DNA from: Candidatus Cloacimonadales bacterium
GTDB taxonomy: Bacteria > Cloacimonadota > Cloacimonadia > Cloacimonadales > JAIOQZ01
Assembly: GCA_963674825.1 (NCBI GenBank)
Contig: OY771587.1
Span: forward strand, 96,001-160,000
Length of the DNA stretch: 64,000 bases
Reading direction: 5' to 3'
Shown: positions 49,179 through 57,605 of the stretch, one piece after another
Numbering within the stretch: the stretch's first letter is position 1
How the letters are laid out: each line of letters starts with the position of its first letter
Program-made: the position numbers and the translations under genes
The notes under the pieces: generated by a model
Databases searched by the model: none
What the model saw: the letters and a program-made list of their open reading frames with translations, nothing else
What the model was told of the DNA's origin: nothing

Positions 49179-49282
49179 CTTTTTCCCAACAACTTGATTT
49201 CTGAAAAATGATAGACAAAAAAAATATCGAATTGCAATCTGACTTCTGAATCCATAAAAAATGAGACGAGAAAGAGGGAACT

Positions 49283-50401
49283 ATGAAATTTTCAGTTGAG
49301 AAGAAAGACTTAACCAGCAGAATACATCATTTATACAATATTGTCCCCTCCAAAAATACAATGCCGATCCTGATGAACTACCTGATCGAAGCATTCGAGG
49401 AATCCAACACGATCCGTTTCACTGCTACCGACCTCGAGATCACCGTGGTGGTGGAATTCGATCTGTTTGTTTCCGAAGGTGGACGTGTTGCCGTTTCTGC
49501 ACGGAACTTCACCGACATCATCAATTCGCTTCCCGATGCGATGATTCATTGTGAAAAGGTTGACGACACGCTGAAGATCCAGTGCGAGAAATCAAGCTTC
49601 GACCTCCTTTGTGCTGACGCCGACCAGTATCCGCTGATTCCTCAGGTCGATATGGAGAACGCGAAAGAGATCAACGCACAGACTTTCTCCAAGATGATCG
49701 AGAATACTCATTTCGCCGTCTCGACCGAGTCTAATCGTCCCATTTTTACCGGTATTTTCTGGCAGATCACTCCGGAACATCAGCTAATGGTCTCTACTGA
49801 CGGTAAAAAGATCGCCGAATTCAAGGTAAACCAAGAAAACGATGTCCCCGAAGTCCTGGAGAAGATCATTCCCACCAAGGGACTGCTCTTCCTCAAGAAA
49901 GCAATAACCGATGACGACAACGTGGTTCATGTGCTCATCGAAGCCAACCGCGTGATGTTCAAGTACGGTGCATATACAATTTTCACACATATCCTCGAAG
50001 GCCGCTTTCCAGATTACACCAAAGCGATGCCGACCGATAACAAGAACGAGCTCATCGTTGACAAGAACCTGCTCCACGCTGCGGTCAAGCGCGTATCACT
50101 CATCGCCTCCGAAGAGACGATGAAAATACGCATGGAAATCGAAGGCAATTCTCTGGTTATCAGCACCACCAACCGCGAAATGGGTGAAGCGGTGGAAAGC
50201 ATCCCCGAGTTCCAGTACAATGGCGATCCGATCAAGATCGCGTTCAATTATCGCTACCTGCTGATGATCCTAAGTGTGATCGAGAGCGACAAGGTGCGCG
50301 TAATGATGGGAAATTCGCAGGGTGCGGTGCTCTTCTTCAATACCGACACGGATTCCAGCTATACAGCGAGATTCCTTTTGATGCCGCTGCGCATTGTCTA
50401 A
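49283..50401 (+). CDS. dnaN: DNA polymerase III beta clamp
   Basis: MKFSV, PIL, ATDLE, STDG, LEGRFPDY, IAFN, LLMPLR. Confidence 0.97.
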   Translation: MKFSVEKKDLTSRIHHLYNIVPSKNTMPILMNYLIEAFEESNTIRFTATDLEITVVVEFDLFVSEGGRVAVSARNFTDIINSLPDAMIHCEKVDDTLKIQCEKSSFDLLCADADQYPLIPQVDMENAKEINAQTFSKMIENTHFAVSTESNRPIFTGIFWQITPEHQLMVSTDGKKIAEFKVNQENDVPEVLEKIIPTKGLLFLKKAITDDDNVVHVLIEANRVMFKYGAYTIFTHILEGRFPDYTKAMPTDNKNELIVDKNLLHAAVKRVSLIASEETMKIRMEIEGNSLVISTTNREMGEAVESIPEFQYNGDPIKIAFNYRYLLMILSVIESDKVRVMMGNSQGAVLFFNTDTDSSYTARFLLMPLRIV

Positions 50402-50404
50402 GCT

Positions 50405-51499
50405 TTGAAAGTACATTCACTGCACCTGCAAAACTTCCGTTGCTATCTTGACGCGGCACTGGATTTACCCTCGCAGGGTGCTCTGATCACCGGTCCGAAT
50501 GGCTCCGGCAAGACCAATCTGCTCGAATCCATCCTCTACCTGAGCTGCGGTAAATCGCAGATCGCCGGTTCCGAGCGTGAGATGATTCGGTTCGACAACG
50601 ATTTTCTATTCGCCAAAGCAGCGTGCAGCATTGCTGAAAAAGAACACTCGATATCCATAGGACTCGATCGCAACAACCAGAAAAAGGCGATTGTCGATGG
50701 CACACAGCTCGAGAAAATCAGCGACCTATACCGCTACCTCAAAGCCATCTACTTCTCCCCCACCGATGTCAACATGGTAAGCGGTTCGGGCGGAATCCGG
50801 CGTCTCGTATTCAATCAGGCAATCTCGCAGTATTCGTTTGGCTACCTGGAGAATTATCGTAACTACCAGCGTATCCTCAAACAGCGCAACGCCCTCTTGA
50901 AAACCGACCACTATCTGATCGAAAAAAAGAGTTGGGACAACCAGTTTGCGCAGGCAGCCGCAAAGCTCGTTCGCTTGCGCCTGGAATACCTCGAAGCGTT
51001 TCTTCCGAGATTTCAGGATGCCTACCGAACCATCTCCGGGAATGCCGAAGAAGCGGGGCTGCGCTATCACTCCAGTTTTGATATGGATGACGAGCTTCCC
51101 ATTCTGGAGGCCTATCAGCAGCGCATTGAAGCGATTGCGACGCGCGAGACAGAGTCTCGCTATAGCCTGATCGGGCCACATCTGGACGACTTCATCTTCG
51201 ATCTGAACCGGCATCCGGCACGTGCGTACGCGTCTCAGGGACAACGGCGCAGCATCTCCATCGCCGTGCGTCTTGCACAGGCGGAGTTGATCAAGGAAGC
51301 TTCCGGCGACACCCCCATCATGATGTTCGATGACGTTCTGGCCGAGCTCGACGCCAACCGGGCGCATCATCTGATCGAGATGCTCAATCCCGAGCACCAG
51401 ATTTTCATTGCTACACCAAATCCCGGCGAATACCGCCACTTCGACTTCCGGCAGATCGATGTCACGACCTTACCGCGAGCCATCGAGATCGTATCATGA
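50405..51499 (+). CDS. recF: DNA replication/repair protein RecF
   Basis: NFRCY, GPNGSGKTNLLE, KQRNALL, GPHLDD, ASQGQRR, DDVLAELD. Confidence 0.95.
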   Translation: MKVHSLHLQNFRCYLDAALDLPSQGALITGPNGSGKTNLLESILYLSCGKSQIAGSEREMIRFDNDFLFAKAACSIAEKEHSISIGLDRNNQKKAIVDGTQLEKISDLYRYLKAIYFSPTDVNMVSGSGGIRRLVFNQAISQYSFGYLENYRNYQRILKQRNALLKTDHYLIEKKSWDNQFAQAAAKLVRLRLEYLEAFLPRFQDAYRTISGNAEEAGLRYHSSFDMDDELPILEAYQQRIEAIATRETESRYSLIGPHLDDFIFDLNRHPARAYASQGQRRSISIAVRLAQAELIKEASGDTPIMMFDDVLAELDANRAHHLIEMLNPEHQIFIATPNPGEYRHFDFRQIDVTTLPRAIEIVS

Positions 51500-52761
51500 C
51501 AAGCTGTAAGCGCGTTTTCGGTATCCCGTTCAATAAATCCATCCTGGGGTGGATCACCTACGACTTTGCCAATTCGGCCTTCGTGACCGTCATCGTCACC
51601 GTAGTTTATTCCGTATATTTCAAGAAACAAGTTGTGGGCAGCGAAGAGCTCGGAACCGCGCTTTGGGGTCGAGCCGTAAGCCTCTCCATGTTGATGGTAG
51701 CGCTCATCGCGCCTTTTTTAGGGGCAATTGCGGATCACTCAAGCTTCAAGAAGCGCTTTATGCTCATCTTCTGTTATCTGAGCGTGGCCTTCACCGGAGC
51801 GCTCTACTTCGTTAGAGCTGGGCATATCGCTGCGGGAATGTTTTTTTTCATCGTCGCAAACTTCGGTTTCAACGCATCCAACGTCTTCTACAACGCGTTT
51901 CTGCCCGAGCTCTGCACGAGACAGGACATGGGTAAAGTATCCGGTCTAGGCTGGGGATTCGGCTATGTGGGAGGTCTGCTAGCATTGCTACTAAGCTTGC
52001 CACTGGTTAGCCTCAACGTCCGCCTCGTTTTCCCGATGATCGCGCTATTCTACGGCCTCTTTGCCATCGTCACCTTCACGCTGCTCAAAGAGAAGAAAGC
52101 AGCGGCTTCGGCACCTAGCTCCTACATCAAAATCGCCGTCGGGAGAATCGCCAGCACGTTCCGCAATATCCGCAAGTTTCGCGACCTCGTTCGTTACCTG
52201 ATCGCCTACCTGATCTACAACGACGCTATCGTTGTCGTGATATCCTTTGCCGCTATTTACGGTTCCACCCGGTTCAACATGAATGCGCAGCAGCTCATCA
52301 TCTATTTCATCATCGCACAGGTAACATCCATCCTCGGATCGGTTGTGTTCGGCTATCTGATCGACATCCTCAAGGCACGTCTGACCATCACCATCACACT
52401 GTTCCTATGGACGCTTGTCGTGCTGTGGGCATACTTCTGCCGATCGGCCGGGGAGTACTATCTGGTGGGAATTCTGGCGGGGATCGCAATCGGCTCCAGC
52501 CAATCCAGCAGCAGAACCATGCTCGCACTGCTCACACCACGCGAAAAGATGGCGGAATTCTTCGGATTCTACTCGCTGACCGGACGCCTCGCATCCATCA
52601 TGGGACCGCTCGTGTACGGTGAAATCGCACGCGTAACCGGTGATCAACGCAAGGCAATCCTCGCTGTGCTGGTTTTCTTTGTCGTAGGAGGCATTATCCT
52701 GCAATTTGTGAACGAAAATCGTGGTGCTGAGCTCGCTGAAGAGTGGAAAGAAGAAGCGTAA
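51496..52761 (+). CDS. MFS transporter (ATG22/UMF1-like)
   Basis: W..YDFANSAF, LGAIAD, FYNAFLP, EFFGFY; about 12 TM helices. Confidence 0.88.
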   Translation: MTSCKRVFGIPFNKSILGWITYDFANSAFVTVIVTVVYSVYFKKQVVGSEELGTALWGRAVSLSMLMVALIAPFLGAIADHSSFKKRFMLIFCYLSVAFTGALYFVRAGHIAAGMFFFIVANFGFNASNVFYNAFLPELCTRQDMGKVSGLGWGFGYVGGLLALLLSLPLVSLNVRLVFPMIALFYGLFAIVTFTLLKEKKAAASAPSSYIKIAVGRIASTFRNIRKFRDLVRYLIAYLIYNDAIVVVISFAAIYGSTRFNMNAQQLIIYFIIAQVTSILGSVVFGYLIDILKARLTITITLFLWTLVVLWAYFCRSAGEYYLVGILAGIAIGSSQSSSRTMLALLTPREKMAEFFGFYSLTGRLASIMGPLVYGEIARVTGDQRKAILAVLVFFVVGGIILQFVNENRGAELAEEWKEEA

Positions 52762-52899
52762 GCAGATTCGTTCAAGGCCGGTGCAAGCGTGTTCATTCAC
52801 GTCGAAGGCGTGGTGTTACACGCTGTCGCAGCGGAATTGATCGAATGTGCGTCGCGGAATCCGTTCGCCATAAGCAAACGGCATTCTGAGGCAAGACCG

Positions 52900-53259
52900 C
52901 TACTCGGTTATCATCATCTCGTCGTCATCACCCAGAATACGGATATAAACCTTGTTGGGTACACAAATGATCGGTCTTGCCGGCGTAGAGCTCCAGCCCT
53001 GTTGCACGCATACTTGATGCGGACAGGTCGATCGTAACATATGAACCTTGCCATCCTTGATCTCAGCCGCAATCCCGTCGTCGATCTCGATGATCTGATC
53101 CTCCGACAGCAGAAACGTCCCGATTAATCGGTCACCGTAGCGAATTTCGACCTTGCTGCCGCTCTGCTTGTGGAAATGCGCGAATAGCACGCCGGATATC
53201 ACCAGAAAAACCACGATCAGCGCGATATCGGCACGCGTGATAAGCGATCGAAGCTTCAC
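52900..53259 (-). CDS. NusG domain II-containing protein
   Basis: N-terminal TM; STCPHQVCVQQG, IICVPNKV; GTGA overlap with the upstream stop. Confidence 0.85.
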   Translation of the reverse strand: MKLRSLITRADIALIVVFLVISGVLFAHFHKQSGSKVEIRYGDRLIGTFLLSEDQIIEIDDGIAAEIKDGKVHMLRSTCPHQVCVQQGWSSTPARPIICVPNKVYIRILGDDDEMMITE

Positions 53260-54242
53260 TTCCACACTCCATGAATAGCCTTGCCACAACTTCCGCATCG
53301 CGAACCGTCCATTCCTCTTATTGCCACATGATAACCGCTACGCTCGATGACTAGTTCACCGCAGTTCGGGCAGTAGGTACTGGTTCGTTCATCGGAAATC
53401 ACATTTCCTAGATAGACATTGCTGAGCTTCTCTTTTGCGATCTCGTATGCCCTATCAAGCGTCGAGACGGAGGTAGCCGGATTGGTCATCTTGTAGGTCG
53501 GGTAGTATCGGCTGAAGTGTACGGGAATCTCTCGATCGATTGACGCCAAGAAATCGACCAACGCGGAAATTTCCTCATCGCCGTCATTCTCGTCGGTGAT
53601 TAAAAGATTTGTGACTTCCACAAGGCACTGCTTCGCGGCGATCCTGATCGTCTCTTTTACCGGTTCGAGCCTTCCGCCACAGATCTCGCGATAAAAAACA
53701 TCGTTCATCGACTTCAGGTCGATATTCATGGCATCGACGTATGGTAAAAGCTCCCGTAGTGGTTCCGGGTTGATATAGCCGTTAGTGACCAGAATCGATT
53801 TTAATCCAGCCTCTTGGAGCGCTCTGGAAGCATCCAGCACATATTCGTACCAGGTTAGCGGCTCTGTGTAAGTGAAGGCAACCGCCGGCGAATTCTCACG
53901 CTTGCATAGCATCACCAGTTCATCTGGCAATAGCCGTCGCGACGGGCAATCCCCCTGACTGATGCTATAATTCTGACAAAAGCTGCACCGCATGTTACAG
54001 GAATTATGCCCGATCGACAGCACCTTGCTTGTCGGCAGCATATGGTAAAGTGGCTTTTTCTCTATCGGATCAAGACTGAGCGAAACCGTCAGCCCATAGG
54101 ATTCGGCGTAGAGCATGCCATCATGGTTAGCTCGTGCACGACAAAGCCCTTTCTTACCATCGGCTATCCGGCATTCGTGGGGACACAAGTGGCATATCAC
54201 ACTGTTGTCATCTTGTTTCTCGTAAAAATGTGCCTCATGCAT
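53256..54242 (-). CDS. amrS: AmmeMemoRadiSam system radical SAM enzyme
   Basis: CHLCPHEC, DPIEKKPLYH, CNMRCSFCQN, FTYTEP, VHFSRY, CPNCG. Confidence 0.92.
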   Translation of the reverse strand: MHEAHFYEKQDDNSVICHLCPHECRIADGKKGLCRARANHDGMLYAESYGLTVSLSLDPIEKKPLYHMLPTSKVLSIGHNSCNMRCSFCQNYSISQGDCPSRRLLPDELVMLCKRENSPAVAFTYTEPLTWYEYVLDASRALQEAGLKSILVTNGYINPEPLRELLPYVDAMNIDLKSMNDVFYREICGGRLEPVKETIRIAAKQCLVEVTNLLITDENDGDEEISALVDFLASIDREIPVHFSRYYPTYKMTNPATSVSTLDRAYEIAKEKLSNVYLGNVISDERTSTYCPNCGELVIERSGYHVAIRGMDGSRCGSCGKAIHGVWK

Positions 54243-55458
54243 GATTCTTCAACACCTCAAGCACTGCCTTGAAATTCTTTTCCAGACTGTGCCGATTCTT
54301 TTCCAGTGCTACTCGTGCATTCGAGCCCATCTGATTTCGGAGCGTATCGCTGGTAATAAACTGCTCCAGTACAATCACAAGCTGGCTGTCCTGCACGATT
54401 CGAATCGCGTTGTTTTCCAGCAGGATTCTCACGGTATCCGCGCAGGAAGAGTGAAACGGCCCCATCAGGACGGGTTTGCTGTAATACGAGGGTTCTAGCG
54501 GATTGTGTCCTCCGAAGTCGAAGAAACTACCGCCCACAAGCGCTAGATCGCAGATCGCGTATGCCTTGTTCAAGATCCCCATGCTGTCGATAACAAGAAC
54601 ATCCGCGCTCTTTTCTTCACTCAAGCGCGCGGTGTCGAGTGCGAAAAACGATTCCAGAACCTCACGAAGACGGTCCAGATGCCTGGGTGCGATGACCAGT
54701 TTTATATTAGGATACTGCTTTTTCAAGCTCCTGAATGCGTTACCGATCATCTTCTCTTCGCCAGGACGCGAACTGCCAAATGTCAAGATGAAATCCGTCG
54801 CCTGGAAACCCCATTCTTTGCGAACCGCAGCCACATCGTATTCCGGCAGCTCGATCGCGAATTTCAAGTTTCCGGTGTTCTGCACGTTCTGAAAACCCAA
54901 TTCCAGATAGTGCGCAGCATCTGCTTCGGACTGCGCACATACGACGTCGATATTCTTCCAGAGGGGAACCCACAGGAACGACATCTTGCGATAAGGTTTC
55001 ACCGATTTCGCGGTCAGGCGGCCATTGACCACCACAACGGGAACCCGGAACCATCCCGCCACCAGCAGCAGATTAGGCCACATCTCGGTCTCGGCCACAA
55101 TGATGGCATTGGGCCTCAACGTTTTCATCCGGTGTATCAAAGCAGGAAGATAGTCATACGGGAAAAGTGTAGCCTGGAAAATGCCCTTGATTCCCGAGGC
55201 GGTACGCTGTCCTGTCGTGGTCATAGTGGTAATGGAGACTCGGTATTCGCTGAGATTATGTATACAGTGGTTAATCAATGGCTTGACAGCGTTTATCTCA
55301 CCCACCGATGATGCATGAAACCACAGCGTCTTCGGAGATTTCCTAAGTCGTGGAAACAGCCGGTAAGTCTCTTTTCTGAAGACTCTGCGGTATAAAACAA
55401 GCAGTGGAACGAGGATCAGACTCGCTACATTGTATAAAATCAAGCTTAACCAGTTCAT
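54235..55458 (-). CDS. waaA: Kdo transferase
   Basis: WFHASSVGE, AETEMWPN, NGR, GNLKF, APRH, GGHNPLEP. Confidence 0.95.
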   Translation of the reverse strand: MNWLSLILYNVASLILVPLLVLYRRVFRKETYRLFPRLRKSPKTLWFHASSVGEINAVKPLINHCIHNLSEYRVSITTMTTTGQRTASGIKGIFQATLFPYDYLPALIHRMKTLRPNAIIVAETEMWPNLLLVAGWFRVPVVVVNGRLTAKSVKPYRKMSFLWVPLWKNIDVVCAQSEADAAHYLELGFQNVQNTGNLKFAIELPEYDVAAVRKEWGFQATDFILTFGSSRPGEEKMIGNAFRSLKKQYPNIKLVIAPRHLDRLREVLESFFALDTARLSEEKSADVLVIDSMGILNKAYAICDLALVGGSFFDFGGHNPLEPSYYSKPVLMGPFHSSCADTVRILLENNAIRIVQDSQLVIVLEQFITSDTLRNQMGSNARVALEKNRHSLEKNFKAVLEVLKNHA

Positions 55459-55561
55459 ATTCATCCTGTAACGTGATATTCTACTCGATATCAAGCATCC
55501 TGCACGTAATTCTTGACAAGATAAAAATTCAGAAAATCCTATCACATGTAAAGGAGAGTCC

Positions 55562-55978
55562 ATGTCAACCATAGAAACGCCAAGTATCCACCGCAAGTAT
55601 CCGGTGTCGTCCACTGCCAAGCTCATTTTGCTGGTTGCCGTCATCTTCGGCCTCGGGGTTCGCTCCTGCCTGAACCGCAGCGACAAAAAGAATATCCTGA
55701 TCTCGGATGTGATGATTACGGATTACACGACCATCTCGGCGGACGTCTCTTTCGAAGTAGAAAACAAGGCTGGACACGGCTACGAAGACGTGAAGATCAT
55801 GATCAAGGTCTATACCAACGATGGCGAAGAAGTTGCCAGCAGGCTGACGACGGTTGATTTGAAATCGAAGTCTCAGAGACGATTCGTCAAGGTGTTGGAT
55901 AAATTCGACCGGCCCATGACGGATGATGAAGTTCCCTATGCTGACGTGACCCTCTATAAACCAGGAATTTTCGATTAA
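55562..55978 (+). CDS. Hypothetical membrane-anchored Ig-like protein
   Basis: AAGGAG RBS; one TM then a beta-rich domain. Confidence 0.75.
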   Translation: MSTIETPSIHRKYPVSSTAKLILLVAVIFGLGVRSCLNRSDKKNILISDVMITDYTTISADVSFEVENKAGHGYEDVKIMIKVYTNDGEEVASRLTTVDLKSKSQRRFVKVLDKFDRPMTDDEVPYADVTLYKPGIFD

Positions 55979-55989
55979 AGGTGGAAACA

Positions 55990-56262
55990 ATGTACAAACT
56001 TCCCGATGAACATCTCGAATATGCTAAAAAAATCGCACAGGAAAATCGCAAGAAGAAGAGCTGCAATCTCTGCTACGATCGCGCCTGGACCGGCGTTAAC
56101 CAGGAAAACTACCTGATCCTCTGCCACAAGTGCGTAGATATGGAAAAAGCCCACGAAGCCTGGAAAGAATACGTGCGTGGCGTTCCCGAACTTAAAGCCG
56201 AGTTTGCCGAACTGTTTGAGGACGAAAAAAACGAAGCAGATGAGCCAGCCGAATCGGATTGA
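55990..56262 (+). CDS. Small hypothetical zinc-binding protein
   Basis: CNLC...CHKC; acidic tail. Confidence 0.75.
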   Translation: MYKLPDEHLEYAKKIAQENRKKKSCNLCYDRAWTGVNQENYLILCHKCVDMEKAHEAWKEYVRGVPELKAEFAELFEDEKNEADEPAESD

Positions 56263-56668
56263 TTATCGAGATGACGTTATCCCGGATCGCGAGCAGCTCA
56301 TAGCACTCTACAGCAAACATGGATGGACAGCCTACACCGACCATCCCGAAAAACTTGAGACAGCGATACGGTCATCCTCTTTTGTCGCGACAGCCTGGCA
56401 TGGCAAAACGCTTGTCGGGCTTGCGCGAACGCTCTCGGACGAGACGACCGTTATGTACCTGCAAGATATCCTCGTCCACCCGGAATATACCCGACACGGC
56501 ATCGGAAAAACGCTGCTTGAAATGTGCTTGAAACGTTATAAGCATGTGCGCCAGCGTGTGCTGCTGACCGACGACAGACCTGAGCAGAAAGCCTTTTACG
56601 AATCTCTCGGATTCACGAACATCAAAGACTTTACAGCCGCTAATCTAAACTGCTTTGTCCGATTCTGA
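56240..56668 (+). CDS. GNAT acetyltransferase
   Basis: LVGLAR, DILVHPEYTRHGIGK, FYESLGF. Confidence 0.9.
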   Translation: MSQPNRIDYRDDVIPDREQLIALYSKHGWTAYTDHPEKLETAIRSSSFVATAWHGKTLVGLARTLSDETTVMYLQDILVHPEYTRHGIGKTLLEMCLKRYKHVRQRVLLTDDRPEQKAFYESLGFTNIKDFTAANLNCFVRF

Positions 56669-57419
56669 TCTCATCGAATCCAGTCAGGACATCAAAGCCA
56701 TCGTTACCTGCAAATGCAATCAGGTAAATCTTGTGCTTCCATGCAAGGTGGATCGCTTCGGAGGTTGCAGCAGACTGCGATATAATCGCTGCGAAGCCTA
56801 GCCTGACCGCCTTTCTCACGACCTGCGTCGATATCCTGCCACTGCATACCAGCACACAATCTCCTACCGGGACATCCTCCAGGATAACCAGTCCACACAC
56901 TTTGTCTACAGCGTTGTAACGGCTGATATCTTCCGCAAAATAGAGCTGTGTTCCCTCATACAACACCGCGGCACAGTGAACACCTTTGGTCTCAATGTTC
57001 AAGTGTGATTGAATGCTGAATTTTTCCAGCTCCGGAAGCAGAACCACTGGATCAAGCTGCAGCTCAGGAAAAGCCTGCCTACTATCCTCGACGTCCGATC
57101 CATACCCGGGTTCGTTGCCATAATGGTTACGGAACATCGAAATGCGACGGTCGTCGATCGTGGCTGCGACATCGACAACCAATGGATCGCGCGTAATATC
57201 AAGCCCCATATACTCTTCGATATCGCGAAGAATCCCCTCGGAGAATACATAACCCACCGCCAGCTCTTCCAGCATATCGGGAAGCACCGAAAGCTTTACC
57301 AGCTTCTGGCCGTCGATCTTCAATTCCATCGATCGTTCTTGAGCACTCAGCCTCGTTTTCATCTCGTAGCGCCCTTTGCGGTACGCCCCAATCTCGTGCA
57401 GATATCGTTTGTCGTCCAT
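56640..57419 (-). CDS. fdhD: FdhD/NarQ-family protein, divergent
   Basis: ELAVGYVFSEG, TKGVHCAA, EDISRYNAVDKVCG, SGRIS, SAATSEAI; lacks the GCGxCG motif. Confidence 0.85.
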   Translation of the reverse strand: MDDKRYLHEIGAYRKGRYEMKTRLSAQERSMELKIDGQKLVKLSVLPDMLEELAVGYVFSEGILRDIEEYMGLDITRDPLVVDVAATIDDRRISMFRNHYGNEPGYGSDVEDSRQAFPELQLDPVVLLPELEKFSIQSHLNIETKGVHCAAVLYEGTQLYFAEDISRYNAVDKVCGLVILEDVPVGDCVLVCSGRISTQVVRKAVRLGFAAIISQSAATSEAIHLAWKHKIYLIAFAGNDGFDVLTGFDEIRIGQSSLD

Positions 57420-57605
57420 ACTTTGTCCTTTCGTCCACATGAAACCATCAACCTCACACTCATCCACCCTCGATACGTGCATCGAGTTACTCTGGATGAC
57501 AAGGAGGGGAATTGGTTCCTGTCTCCTCCCCTATATTTTTCCGAATAGAACTTGTCAAAACAAAAGCGAGATGTTTCTTTGAGAAAAACGTTTCGGGAGT
57601 TGAGA

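Noticed and set aside
48586..49282. oriC near dnaN
   Set aside because: No dnaA gene and no recognisable DnaA-box cluster.
52762..52899. Possible ncRNA or small ORF between convergent genes
   Set aside because: Only weak hairpins; no recognisable family or RBS.
57420..57605. Moco riboswitch or SECIS between fdhD and nifS-selD
   Set aside because: Hairpins are present but I cannot match a Moco consensus, and there is no UGA for a SECIS to serve.
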